A stretch of DNA of 64,000 bases from a virus (IMGVR_UViG_3300037424_001372:76837-140836); one strand, 5' to 3'; shown: positions 37,026 through 46,727, counted from the first letter of the stretch. Notes: a model not told the origin generated them from the sequence alone. Program-made: numbers and translations.

Positions 37026-38909
37026 ATGAAAAAAGAATGTATTGAAATTTTAGAAAAAAAAATATATTTTGAAAAATATATAAAAAAAACTTATCCATTA
37101 TTATATGATGAAATAATAAAATTTAATTCTAAATTAGATATTTCATGGTTAAATAAATTATATAATTACATATTTAATATTAAAATTCATCCTAAATGTG
37201 AATATTGTAATACACAATTAAATTTTAGAAATAAAATTAGTATTGGATATGGTCAATATTGCTCAAAAAAATGTACTTCTTTAGCTACAAGAGATAAGGT
37301 AATAAATACTAATTTAGAAAAATATGGTGTTGAATATCCTTTACAAAATAAGGAAATTTATCAAAAATTAATTAATACTAATTTAGAAAAATATGGTGTT
37401 ATTTCAACACTATTAGATGAAAAGGTTCAAGAAAAAATTAAACAAACTAATTTAGTTAGACATGGCGTTGAAAATCCGTCTCAATCAGATTTAATAAAAT
37501 ATAAACGCAAACAAACTAATTTAAAAAAATATGGTGTTGAGAATGTTTTTTGTGTAAATATTATAAAAAATAAAATTAAAGAATGTAATGAAAATAAATC
37601 CCATTTTGAAAAAGAGTTTATTAAAGAAAAAACTAAAAAAACTAATTTAAAAAAATATGGGGTGTCAACAGTTCTTATTTTAGAAGAAAATAGAAAAAAA
37701 ATGATTAATTATAATATTAATCATTTAGGTGTTAAATATCCTTTACAAAATGAAGAAATTAGAAATAAATCAAAAAAAACTATTTTGAATAAATATGGCA
37801 CCATTAGTATTAGTAGTTCCAATTATTATAAGGAATGTATTAATACTAATTTAATTAAAAAATATTCATTATTACTTAATTTAAATAATAATAATATTAA
37901 ATATAATAATAATATTTTTATTATTAAAAATTATTGTGAATTACATAAAAAATTTCATATAAAATATGATGATTTATATAATAGAATATTTCTTGGTTGT
38001 AATAACATTTGTACCAAATGCAACCCAATATCTAAACAATCTAAAATAAAGGAAAACGAAATCAATGATTATATCAAATCATTGAATGTTAAATACATAA
38101 GAAACGATAGGAAAATTCTATCCCGTAAAGAGCTAGATTTTTATCTCCCAGATAATAAATTGGCAATTGAATTCAACGGTTTATATTGGCATTCGAATAA
38201 ATATAATTCAAATAATTATCATTTGGATAAAACCAATTCTTGTGAAGAGCAAAACATACAATTATTACATGTGTTTGAGGATGAGTGGGTTTATAAAAAA
38301 GAAATTGTTAAAAGCATTATTAAATCTAAGTTGGGAATAATTGAAAATAAAATATTTGCAAGAAAAACAGAAATAAAAGAAATAACTGATAATAATTTAA
38401 CTAAAGAATTTCTTGAAAATAACCACTTACAAGGTTCTATCAATTCTTCAATTAAGTTAGGATTATTCCATAATAATCAATTAGTTAGTCTTATGACTTT
38501 TGGAAAAAAACGGGTTGCTTTAGGCAATAAAACACAAAATATTGGTGAATATGAGATGTTAAGGTTCTGCAATAAACTTAATACTCAGGTAGTTGGAGGT
38601 GCTAGTAAATTATTAAAATATTTCACAAACAATTACCGACCCAAAGAAATATTAACTTTTGCAGATAGGAGATATAGTAATGGTAATCTATATAAAGAAC
38701 TAGGATTTAATTACTTAGGAAATACCAAACCTAATTATTGGTATTTTAAAAAGAACGAATTGGTAAGATATCATAGATTTAATTTCAGAAAAGATATTTT
38801 GGTTAAAGAAGGTTTTGATTCAAATAAAACCGAACATCAAATAATGGAAGAAAAGGGATATTTGAGAATATACGATTCGGGGAATATGAAATTTAAAATA
38901 AAATGTTGA
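37026..38909 (+). CDS. Free-standing endonuclease, paralog D: Zn finger, about 8 repeats, Vsr-like nuclease, Mom-like GNAT domain
   Basis: CEYC..YCSKKC; NLEKYGV repeats; ELDFYLPDNKLAIEFNGLYWHS; GGASKLL, TFADRRYSNGNLYKELGF. Confidence 0.75.
   Translation: MKKECIEILEKKIYFEKYIKKTYPLLYDEIIKFNSKLDISWLNKLYNYIFNIKIHPKCEYCNTQLNFRNKISIGYGQYCSKKCTSLATRDKVINTNLEKYGVEYPLQNKEIYQKLINTNLEKYGVISTLLDEKVQEKIKQTNLVRHGVENPSQSDLIKYKRKQTNLKKYGVENVFCVNIIKNKIKECNENKSHFEKEFIKEKTKKTNLKKYGVSTVLILEENRKKMINYNINHLGVKYPLQNEEIRNKSKKTILNKYGTISISSSNYYKECINTNLIKKYSLLLNLNNNNIKYNNNIFIIKNYCELHKKFHIKYDDLYNRIFLGCNNICTKCNPISKQSKIKENEINDYIKSLNVKYIRNDRKILSRKELDFYLPDNKLAIEFNGLYWHSNKYNSNNYHLDKTNSCEEQNIQLLHVFEDEWVYKKEIVKSIIKSKLGIIENKIFARKTEIKEITDNNLTKEFLENNHLQGSINSSIKLGLFHNNQLVSLMTFGKKRVALGNKTQNIGEYEMLRFCNKLNTQVVGGASKLLKYFTNNYRPKEILTFADRRYSNGNLYKELGFNYLGNTKPNYWYFKKNELVRYHRFNFRKDILVKEGFDSNKTEHQIMEEKGYLRIYDSGNMKFKIKC
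37311..37847 (+). repeat. Seven repeats of about 23 aa plus one degenerate 19-aa unit
   Basis: Identical 27-mer AATACTAATTTAGAAAAATATGGTGTT at 37305 and 37374 (69-bp period). Confidence 0.85.
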
Positions 38910-38936
38910 TAATATCGATTTAAATTATTAAATTTG
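38906..38936 (+). promoter_or_regulatory. Bacteroidota-type promoter TTG-N20-TAAATTTG
   Basis: Heads the glycan operon at 38950. Confidence 0.55.
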
Positions 38937-38949
38937 TTTTTTAAATTTT

Positions 38950-39636
38950 ATGAGAAATCAATATAATAAAATTGTAGTTGTTTTTTCATCACATTTAGGT
39001 GATGAAAAAAATAATGAATTTATAAACCATATTCATGATACTATTGGAGTTAATCATGAAGTTATTTGTTATGAAAATTATAATGAATATTCTCTAACTG
39101 AAATATATAATAAAGCAATTGATGAATATAATTCAGAAAATATTATAATGGTGTTTTGTCATCCTGACATTATATTAAAAACAAAAAATTGGGGCAGAAT
39201 ATTATTAACTAAATTTAATAGTACTAATTTTGATATTATTGGTGTTGCAGGAACTACTTATTTAGCCGAAACGGGACGATGGTGGGAAGATAGAAGTAAA
39301 ATGTTAGGCATTGTTGAACATACTAATGGATTATCTGAATGGGTTAGTGAATATTCTAAACCTATTAATGAAATTAAAGAAGTTGTTATGATTGATGGTT
39401 TATTTATGGCAATTAATTGTAATAATATTACTCATAAGTTTGATGAAGATTTCAAAGGTTTTCATTTTTATGAAATATCAATGATATTCCCTAATTACCT
39501 TGACGGTTGTAATATCGGTGTAACGACATCAATTAGGATATTACATAAATCAATTGGTATGACAAATCAACAATGGGAGGATAATAGACAATTATTTATT
39601 AAAAAATATAATGATGAATTACCTATTTTATTATGA
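38950..39636 (+). CDS. GT2-like glycosyltransferase
   Basis: SL..IYN.A, VFCHPDI, IIGVAG, VVMIDGLFMA, FDE.F.GFHFY. Confidence 0.8.
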   Translation: MRNQYNKIVVVFSSHLGDEKNNEFINHIHDTIGVNHEVICYENYNEYSLTEIYNKAIDEYNSENIIMVFCHPDIILKTKNWGRILLTKFNSTNFDIIGVAGTTYLAETGRWWEDRSKMLGIVEHTNGLSEWVSEYSKPINEIKEVVMIDGLFMAINCNNITHKFDEDFKGFHFYEISMIFPNYLDGCNIGVTTSIRILHKSIGMTNQQWEDNRQLFIKKYNDELPILL

Positions 39637-40394
39637 AAAATATATTAGATATTGAAACATTTATTTTTATTCATAACCAAGAAATTTTATTGGAGTTTGA
39701 AAAAAATAATAAGTTTAAAAATTTTTGTAATTATAAATATGTCTTTTTAGGTTATGGTGAAACTAATAAATTAAATTATTTAAATAATATTATTTATGCA
39801 AGAGATTTACCTAATAATTTGGAAAAATATGATAAAATGTGTGCATATTCTGGATGGTATGTATTATATATGAATGAATTAATTAGTTCAGAATATGTTA
39901 ATTTATTTGAATATGATATATCAATAACAGATGATTTTATTGATAAATTAGGTGAGATAATTAATGAAAATTCAAATATCTATTCATATGTTCCATTTGA
40001 TATTAGAGTAGAATTTTTAAATCCTAAATGGATTGGTGATTTAAGTAAATTTTATAAAGTAAAAAAGAAAATTGATTTAGTTCCAGAATTAATGAAAAAA
40101 ATTAATGAAAAAAATATTAGTCATTGGGCTTCAACTAGTAATATTACATTCAATAGTGATTTCTTTTTTGATTATATGAATGATGTTGCAGAAATTTTCG
40201 AATGGATGAAAATTTGGGGTAGTGTTGGACATGCGTTAGAAAGATTATTATCATTTTATTTGATATTAAATAATATTAATAATATTACTTATGTAAATGG
40301 ATTATTACATCATTATCAATTAGATAGCCATAAAACTCAATTACATTTTACTGATTTAAATAATAATTTGAAAAAAATTGCAAATAATGAATAA
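39633..40394 (+). CDS. Putative glycosyltransferase (GT-A-like)
   Basis: YVNLFEYD and GHALERLLSFY motifs; operon context. Confidence 0.5.
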   Translation: MKNILDIETFIFIHNQEILLEFEKNNKFKNFCNYKYVFLGYGETNKLNYLNNIIYARDLPNNLEKYDKMCAYSGWYVLYMNELISSEYVNLFEYDISITDDFIDKLGEIINENSNIYSYVPFDIRVEFLNPKWIGDLSKFYKVKKKIDLVPELMKKINEKNISHWASTSNITFNSDFFFDYMNDVAEIFEWMKIWGSVGHALERLLSFYLILNNINNITYVNGLLHHYQLDSHKTQLHFTDLNNNLKKIANNE

Positions 40395-41058
40395 AGCAGT
40401 TAGTTTTGGTTTATGGGGACACAACCCAATGTATGATGTAGGGGCAATTAAAAACATTGAATTACATAAAAAATACTATGTTGATTGGGATTTTGTTATT
40501 CATTATGACAATACAGTACCTGTTCAATATATTAATCAATTAAAAAACATGGATTGTATATTGATTAATAATACTGGAAGTTTGATTAGTCAAATGTTTT
40601 GGAGATTTTTATCATATTCAGATTATGATGTAACAATTTTTAGAGATTGTGATTCAAGAATATCTCTTAGGGAAGAATTGGCAGTAAATGAATGGTTAGA
40701 ATCAGGAAAAAGAATTCATGTTATGAGAGACCATCCCGCTCAAATAATTCCATATCCATGTAATAAACCCGGGATTTTAGGTGGGATGTGGGGTATTATT
40801 AATAAACCAGATTTTGATTTAATTGGAAAAATTAATGATTTTCATAATGGAAAATTAATATTAAATCCTTATGGCCAAGACCAATTATTTTTAATGTCTG
40901 AAATATATGATGTATTTAAAGACGAATGTTATATTCATGATGAATTTCATTCAGGTAATAAATTTCCAATTGAAAGAGAAAATTATCATTTTATCGGAGA
41001 AAGATTTAATGAGTTTAATCAAAGACATAATGATTATTTAAGTTTAGTGAAAAAATGA
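40387..41058 (+). CDS. Putative glycosyltransferase (GT-A-like)
   Basis: MFWRFL, IFRDCDSR (DxD), HVMRDHP, ILGGMWG, YGQDQ.FL. Confidence 0.55.
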   Translation: MNKAVSFGLWGHNPMYDVGAIKNIELHKKYYVDWDFVIHYDNTVPVQYINQLKNMDCILINNTGSLISQMFWRFLSYSDYDVTIFRDCDSRISLREELAVNEWLESGKRIHVMRDHPAQIIPYPCNKPGILGGMWGIINKPDFDLIGKINDFHNGKLILNPYGQDQLFLMSEIYDVFKDECYIHDEFHSGNKFPIERENYHFIGERFNEFNQRHNDYLSLVKK

Positions 41059-41777
41059 ATATTGATTATGTTATTGTTAGTTCTGATAATAATCCCACGT
41101 ATTTAGATTTTTGGGATATTACTAAAAAGATGTGGTGTGATTTAGTTGGAATAAAACCAGTATTATTAAAAATATCCGATAAAGATAATTACACTGATAA
41201 TGGAGATAATATTGTTATTGAAGTTAAAGCTATTGAAAATATTAATACAGGATTACAATCACAAATAATTAGATTATTTTGTTCCAAATATTTTGAAAAT
41301 AAAAACATATTAATATCTGATATTGATATGATACCATTAAATAAATCATATTTTATCAATAGTGTTTCAAAATATGATGATGATTCAACAATAATATATT
41401 CGTCAGATGCTTATGGCGGTCATAGATACCCAATGTGTTATGTATTATCTAATTCAGAAACATTTAATAAAATCTTTGAATTAGATAACCATCCAAATTT
41501 TGAATCATTTGCTAATTATTTGATTGAAAATGAAAATAATGGTTGGAATACCGATGAATTATATTTGACTAAAAAAATTAATGAATATAATAAAAATATT
41601 ATTAAATTAAATCGTGGTTGGAATAATGGTAGAGCTAATAATAGGATTGATAGAGTTTTTTGGAATTATAATATAAATGAGTTGAAAAATAAGATATATA
41701 TTGATTCACATTTATTAAGACCTTATTCACGATATAAGAATGAAATTAATGATTTAATTAAACTTATTAATTATTGA
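41055..41777 (+). CDS. Putative glycosyltransferase (GT-A-like)
   Basis: ILISDIDMIPL (DxD), YPMCY, W.TDE, IDSH..RP. Confidence 0.55.
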   Translation: MNIDYVIVSSDNNPTYLDFWDITKKMWCDLVGIKPVLLKISDKDNYTDNGDNIVIEVKAIENINTGLQSQIIRLFCSKYFENKNILISDIDMIPLNKSYFINSVSKYDDDSTIIYSSDAYGGHRYPMCYVLSNSETFNKIFELDNHPNFESFANYLIENENNGWNTDELYLTKKINEYNKNIIKLNRGWNNGRANNRIDRVFWNYNINELKNKIYIDSHLLRPYSRYKNEINDLIKLINY

Positions 41778-41783
41778 AATTAT

Positions 41784-42461
41784 ATGAAAAAATATAAAGT
41801 TATTACAATTGCTGTAAGTTCAATACTAGAACCTTGGATTACAATAGAGAATGAGGGTATTAGAAAAACGTGGTTATTAAATAAAAATGATAATGATTTA
41901 GTATTATTTTATTATGGTGGTGTTAATGATTTAACAGTTAATGATGATAGAATATATTTACCACATCCAGAGGGATTTATGAATATCGGACATAAAACAA
42001 TTATGCTGATGGAATATATATTAAAAAATTATGATTTTGATTATGTTTTTAAAACAAATACTTCTTCATATATCGATTTAAAAAAATTAAATGAATATGT
42101 CGATAATATGCCATTAAATAATTTATATTCGGGTGTTATTGGCGATTATAATAATGGTAATAATACAATTAGATTTGTTTCTGGCTGTGGTGTTTTGTTG
42201 AGCAAAGATATGGTAGAACTTTATATAAATAATAAAAACGATGTAAATCATAATATTATTGAAGATGTTGCTATGGGTGATTTTTTTAATAAAAAAAATA
42301 TAAAATATTCCATTGGGCCTCGAATTGATATTAATTTTAGTAATGAAAATAATATTCCATTGGGGCATTTTCATTACAGGTGTAAAGACTATGAACGTAA
42401 TAATAGAAATAATGATATTAAAAGAATGCATTTAATAAATAAAAGATTAGGATATGAATAA
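41784..42461 (+). CDS. GT31-like (galactosyltransferase-type) glycosyltransferase
   Basis: KT...EY.L.NYDFDYVFKTN.SSYID, FVSGCGVLLSKD, EDVAMG. Confidence 0.65.
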   Translation: MKKYKVITIAVSSILEPWITIENEGIRKTWLLNKNDNDLVLFYYGGVNDLTVNDDRIYLPHPEGFMNIGHKTIMLMEYILKNYDFDYVFKTNTSSYIDLKKLNEYVDNMPLNNLYSGVIGDYNNGNNTIRFVSGCGVLLSKDMVELYINNKNDVNHNIIEDVAMGDFFNKKNIKYSIGPRIDINFSNENNIPLGHFHYRCKDYERNNRNNDIKRMHLINKRLGYE

Positions 42462-43191
42462 TATTTTTTATCATATTTATTTATTTGATAAAATCGATTC
42501 AATGGTTATTAACCAATTAAATCGATTAAAAAATAGTGGTTTGTTAAATATATCAGAATTGCATGTTATCATATTGAATAATCCTGAATATAATAAATCA
42601 CTTAATGATAACACATTGAAATTAATAAATGAATTATCAAAAAATATTTATCATGAAACAAATAATTATTATGAAATTATTACACATAAAAAAATATTTG
42701 ATCATGCACAATTAAACGATAGTAATTATTTGTATATGCATACAAAAGGTTGTACAAGAGTTAATCATCAAAATAGTGGTAGTTATTCATATCACAATAT
42801 TGAAAATTGGAGGCATATGCAAGAATATTTTACAATTGATATGCATAAATATTGTTTAGATGGATTAAAAACACATGATATTGTTGGTAGTAATTATGTG
42901 CCACAACATATCATGTCAGTACCTGCACATTATTCTGGCGGTTTTTGGTGGTCTAAATCAGAATTTATTAGGAAATTACAAAATCCTCAGTTGTTTTTGA
43001 ATGAAAAAAATATTAATAGGTTTCATGCAGAATTTTGGCTTGGATATACACCTCATAAAGCATTATGTTTATATCCAATACCTGAAAAAAATAACAATAA
43101 TCAATATTCACAGCACAGAGGTTTTAGTTATTGTGATGAAACTATTTATAAAAATAATATTATAAAAAATACATACATAAATACAATATGA
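42454..43191 (+). CDS. Putative glycan-modifying enzyme or glycosyltransferase
   Basis: YE..T, YLYMHTKG, WR, HYSGGFWWSKSEFIRKL, R..AEFW.G; operon context. Confidence 0.5.
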   Translation: MNNIFYHIYLFDKIDSMVINQLNRLKNSGLLNISELHVIILNNPEYNKSLNDNTLKLINELSKNIYHETNNYYEIITHKKIFDHAQLNDSNYLYMHTKGCTRVNHQNSGSYSYHNIENWRHMQEYFTIDMHKYCLDGLKTHDIVGSNYVPQHIMSVPAHYSGGFWWSKSEFIRKLQNPQLFLNEKNINRFHAEFWLGYTPHKALCLYPIPEKNNNNQYSQHRGFSYCDETIYKNNIIKNTYINTI

Positions 43192-45110
43192 AAATAGTTG
43201 TTATTGGCGGTACAGGATTATTAGGTACTGCTTTAAAAAAAATTGATAATGATTTAATTTGTTTAAATAGTGACTATGATATAGTCGAATTTACTAAATT
43301 AAATAAAAAATTAAATGAAATTTCTCCGGATATTATTATAAATGCTTGTGCAATAAAAACTAATCAAGTTTTAGAAGATAAAAGCAAATCAATAAATGTT
43401 AATATTATCGGAGCATCTAATGTTGCTAAATATTGTATTGAAAATAATATAAAATTAGTTTATATTAGTAGTGATTATATTTATAAAGGTGATGTTGGAA
43501 ATTATTCCGAAACAGATTCAATTTTTCCAGAAAATCTATATGCATGGACTAAATTAGGCGGTGAATGTTCTGCAAAATTGGTTAATAATCATATTATAAT
43601 TAGAACAAGTTTTGGTAGTGATATTTTTCCATATTCCGGAGCATATGATAATTTATATACAAGTAAGGATTATGTAGATGTTATTGCCAAAATGATTATT
43701 GATGTTATTCCAACTAAATATATTGGTGTTTTAAATATTGGGACATATAGAAAAAGTATATATGATTATGCAAATAAAAAAAATATTATTAATAGAATTT
43801 CATTAATACATCAAAAGGATTTTAGTTTAAATTGTAATCTATATAATAAATTGATTGATGATATTAGAAATAATGTAAATTTTAAATATAATAATATTTG
43901 CCCAATAACGAAACGAGATAATAAAATTAAATATTTTGATTTAGGTAATTTACCTCTTGTAAATAATCTATCTAATAGTTTCGAAGAATCTATTAATTGT
44001 GAAAGGTTTCCATTATCAATATCATTATTTGTTGAATCTGGTTTAAGTGGTTTAGATGTTACAATTGATTCAGATAAAATGTTTTTAAATTATGTTTATC
44101 GATCAAATACAAATAAACCGTATTTGATTCATTGTAAGAATATGTATTCATATTTAATGAAATATATTAAATTAGATGGTAATGATTTATGTGTTGATAT
44201 TGGTGGTAATGATGGTACTTTATTGACGGCATTTAATGAATTTTGTTTGGAAAATAATATAAATTCATGTGAAAAAATTAATATTGAACCATCAAAAAAT
44301 ATTTCAAAAATATCTTCAGATAATGGTATTAATACAATTAATGAGTATTTTACATCAAAAATTTATAAAATAATTGGTAAGAAGGCTAAATTAATTACAA
44401 CAACAAATGTCTTTCAACATTTATTAGATATACAAGAATTTGTTAATGGTATTAATGCATTAATTGATGATAACGGTATTTGGTGTTTAGAATTTCCATA
44501 TTGGGGTAATAGTATGGAAACTAATCAATTTGACCAAGTATATCATGAACATATGTATTATTATTTAGTAACACCATTAAATACATTATTTAATAATAAT
44601 GGTTTAAGAATTGTTAACATTTCTGATCAATATATACATGGTGGTTCGTTGAGGTTAATAATTACAAAAAATTTATCAAATATTATATCTGATAATAGCG
44701 TAGATTATTATCTATCTAAAGAAAAGAAATTCAATGTTGATTATTATTCAAATTGGTCAAAAATGGTCAAATCACATTTATCTGAATGTTATGATTTATT
44801 ATATATGTTAAAAGATTCTAATGTTGTCGGTTTTGGGGCGGCAGCAAAGGGGTGTATTTTTTTAAACACGTTAAAAATTGATCATAATTTTATGAAATAT
44901 GTTATTGACGATACGATTGAAAAACAAAATAAATATATTCCGGGGACTGGAATTAAAATTGTTGATCGATCAATATTAAATGATAATAAAATCGATTATA
45001 TTTTAATATTAGCACATAATTTTTCAGAATATATTATTAAATCATTAAGAGAATCAAATTATATGGGTAAATTTATTGTTTTATTACCTGAAATTAAAAT
45101 AATCGAATAA
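43188..45110 (+). CDS. Fusion of an RmlD-like NDP-4-keto-sugar reductase and an NDP-hexose C-methyltransferase
   Basis: N-terminal GGTGLLG, YISSDYIY.G, YAWTK; C-terminal DLG.LPL.N, DIGGNDGTLL, NVFQH, FDQVYHEH..Y, HGGSLR, GFGAAAKG, IPGTGI.I, LAHNF. Confidence 0.85.
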   Translation: MKIVVIGGTGLLGTALKKIDNDLICLNSDYDIVEFTKLNKKLNEISPDIIINACAIKTNQVLEDKSKSINVNIIGASNVAKYCIENNIKLVYISSDYIYKGDVGNYSETDSIFPENLYAWTKLGGECSAKLVNNHIIIRTSFGSDIFPYSGAYDNLYTSKDYVDVIAKMIIDVIPTKYIGVLNIGTYRKSIYDYANKKNIINRISLIHQKDFSLNCNLYNKLIDDIRNNVNFKYNNICPITKRDNKIKYFDLGNLPLVNNLSNSFEESINCERFPLSISLFVESGLSGLDVTIDSDKMFLNYVYRSNTNKPYLIHCKNMYSYLMKYIKLDGNDLCVDIGGNDGTLLTAFNEFCLENNINSCEKINIEPSKNISKISSDNGINTINEYFTSKIYKIIGKKAKLITTTNVFQHLLDIQEFVNGINALIDDNGIWCLEFPYWGNSMETNQFDQVYHEHMYYYLVTPLNTLFNNNGLRIVNISDQYIHGGSLRLIITKNLSNIISDNSVDYYLSKEKKFNVDYYSNWSKMVKSHLSECYDLLYMLKDSNVVGFGAAAKGCIFLNTLKIDHNFMKYVIDDTIEKQNKYIPGTGIKIVDRSILNDNKIDYILILAHNFSEYIIKSLRESNYMGKFIVLLPEIKIIE

Positions 45111-45112
45111 TT

Positions 45113-45736
45113 ATGATAAAAAAAATTATTAATTTAAACAAAGAAGAATTATATCAGTGGTTGAAATTTGATGCCGGTGTAAATAATGGAAAACATTTTG
45201 GTGCATATGAAGGTGGTTTAGAACTACAACAAGTTCCTGAAGAATATGTAGAATATTTATGGTTTTTAAAAACCATAAATTTAAAATCATATTTAAATGT
45301 TGGTATTGGAAATGGTGGTTCTTTCATGGTTGAATCATATATTCAATCAAATTGTAAACGCTGTGTTGCAGTAGATAATACATCATATGGTAAATTTACT
45401 AATATTAATAATATTAATGCTCGTTTAACTTGGTTAAAAGAAAATACTGATAAATCAATTGAATTTTTTAATATGAATAGTAGTGATTTTTTTAAATCAA
45501 ACACTGAAAAATTTGATATTATTTTTATTGATGGAGACCATACATATAATGGCGTTAAACAAGATTATGAAAATGCATTAAATTTCATAAATAATGGTGG
45601 ATATATCATATTTCATGATATTGGTAGTGCACAATGTGAAGGTGTTGTTCGAATCTGGAATGAAATTAAAAATGAAAATTCTAAAGAATTTATTTTCAGC
45701 ACTGTTTGTGGAATCGGAATAATTCAAATAATATGA
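45113..45736 (+). CDS. Class I SAM-dependent methyltransferase (Methyltransf_24-like)
   Basis: YLNVGIGNGGS, FDIIFIDGDHTY.GV..D, GGYIIFHD. Confidence 0.85.
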   Translation: MIKKIINLNKEELYQWLKFDAGVNNGKHFGAYEGGLELQQVPEEYVEYLWFLKTINLKSYLNVGIGNGGSFMVESYIQSNCKRCVAVDNTSYGKFTNINNINARLTWLKENTDKSIEFFNMNSSDFFKSNTEKFDIIFIDGDHTYNGVKQDYENALNFINNGGYIIFHDIGSAQCEGVVRIWNEIKNENSKEFIFSTVCGIGIIQII

Positions 45737-46368
45737 AAATTGCTAATATTATATATGGTGATGAACTTATTAATCATACTAAAGTCCCATATATAAATTA
45801 TATAAAAGAATCTAAAACATATAATGATTTAGATTCTTCATTACCAACATTATATGTTGGATGGTCATTTATGAAAGAATGTAATCTTAATAATAATGTT
45901 ATGGAAAATGCTAATATCTTAAAGAAACATGTGATTTTAAATAAATTATATTGGGAATTTAGTTTTATTGAAAATAAAGCATCTCATGTCAAAGGAATTA
46001 ATATGTTTGCTGATTTAGCTCCACAATATTATTTTACACCTAATTATGAATATATTAATTTAGACCCTGTTTTTAATCAAATTAAAACTATTGAAGATTT
46101 TATTTCTTTATTACCCAATAAATTTGAATTAGGTTATAATTATAGAAATGAAGCCGTTTATTTATTGTCTGACAATAAAATCTATGGAATAAATTTAAAA
46201 ATGTTTGAATATTTTAAGTTCAGGAATATTGATATTTTAATTAAAATTCAATCAAAAACAAAGTCAATGATTTCTGATTATGATGGTAGTTATTATCAAT
46301 CATATTATAAAAAATTCCCTAATTTTCCTCAATTAAAAAGATATATTGTAACCATGTTGTCAAAATAG
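45733..46368 (+). CDS. Hypothetical protein
   Basis: ATG 45733 overlaps the stop of the previous gene; LPTLYVGW motif. Confidence 0.6.
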   Translation: MKIANIIYGDELINHTKVPYINYIKESKTYNDLDSSLPTLYVGWSFMKECNLNNNVMENANILKKHVILNKLYWEFSFIENKASHVKGINMFADLAPQYYFTPNYEYINLDPVFNQIKTIEDFISLLPNKFELGYNYRNEAVYLLSDNKIYGINLKMFEYFKFRNIDILIKIQSKTKSMISDYDGSYYQSYYKKFPNFPQLKRYIVTMLSK

Positions 46369-46506
46369 TTTTTTACTATCGTTTATAATAAAAAAAATCA
46401 TTTAATGTTTATGTTAAATGATTTTTTTATTTGAGATATAAATGGAATGTTGAAACTGCTTTTAATATAGAAAATATTTAAAATAACATTATTTGTAATT
46501 TTTATA

Positions 46507-46514
46507 GTATTTAT
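46507..46514 (+). promoter_or_regulatory. Putative late promoter GTATTTAT
   Basis: 16 nt upstream of ATG 46531. Confidence 0.65.
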
Positions 46515-46530
46515 AATAAATTGTTTAATT

Positions 46531-46716
46531 ATGAAAAATGAAAATAATATTGGTAAAGCATTAGTTTCTTTTTTAGAAAATGAAAAAGAAATCAATAACG
46601 TTGATAATAATGTCGATTTAAATAAAAAAATTAAATCAGATAATTCAATCATTGAAAGAGTTGATAAAATAATTATTGTTGGTGACAATAAAAATAGAAT
46701 TTTATTAAAAGATTAA
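46531..46716 (+). CDS. Small late protein (possibly head-associated)
   Basis: First gene after the late motif. Confidence 0.55.
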   Translation: MKNENNIGKALVSFLENEKEINNVDNNVDLNKKIKSDNSIIERVDKIIIVGDNKNRILLKD

Positions 46717-46727
46717 TTTATTTAACT

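Noticed and set aside
38950-45736. Bacterial capsule/LPS locus or giant eukaryotic virus origin of the contig
   Set aside because: There are no flippase, polymerase or export genes. The cassette is embedded among myovirus tail and T4-like replication genes with bacterial-type promoters.
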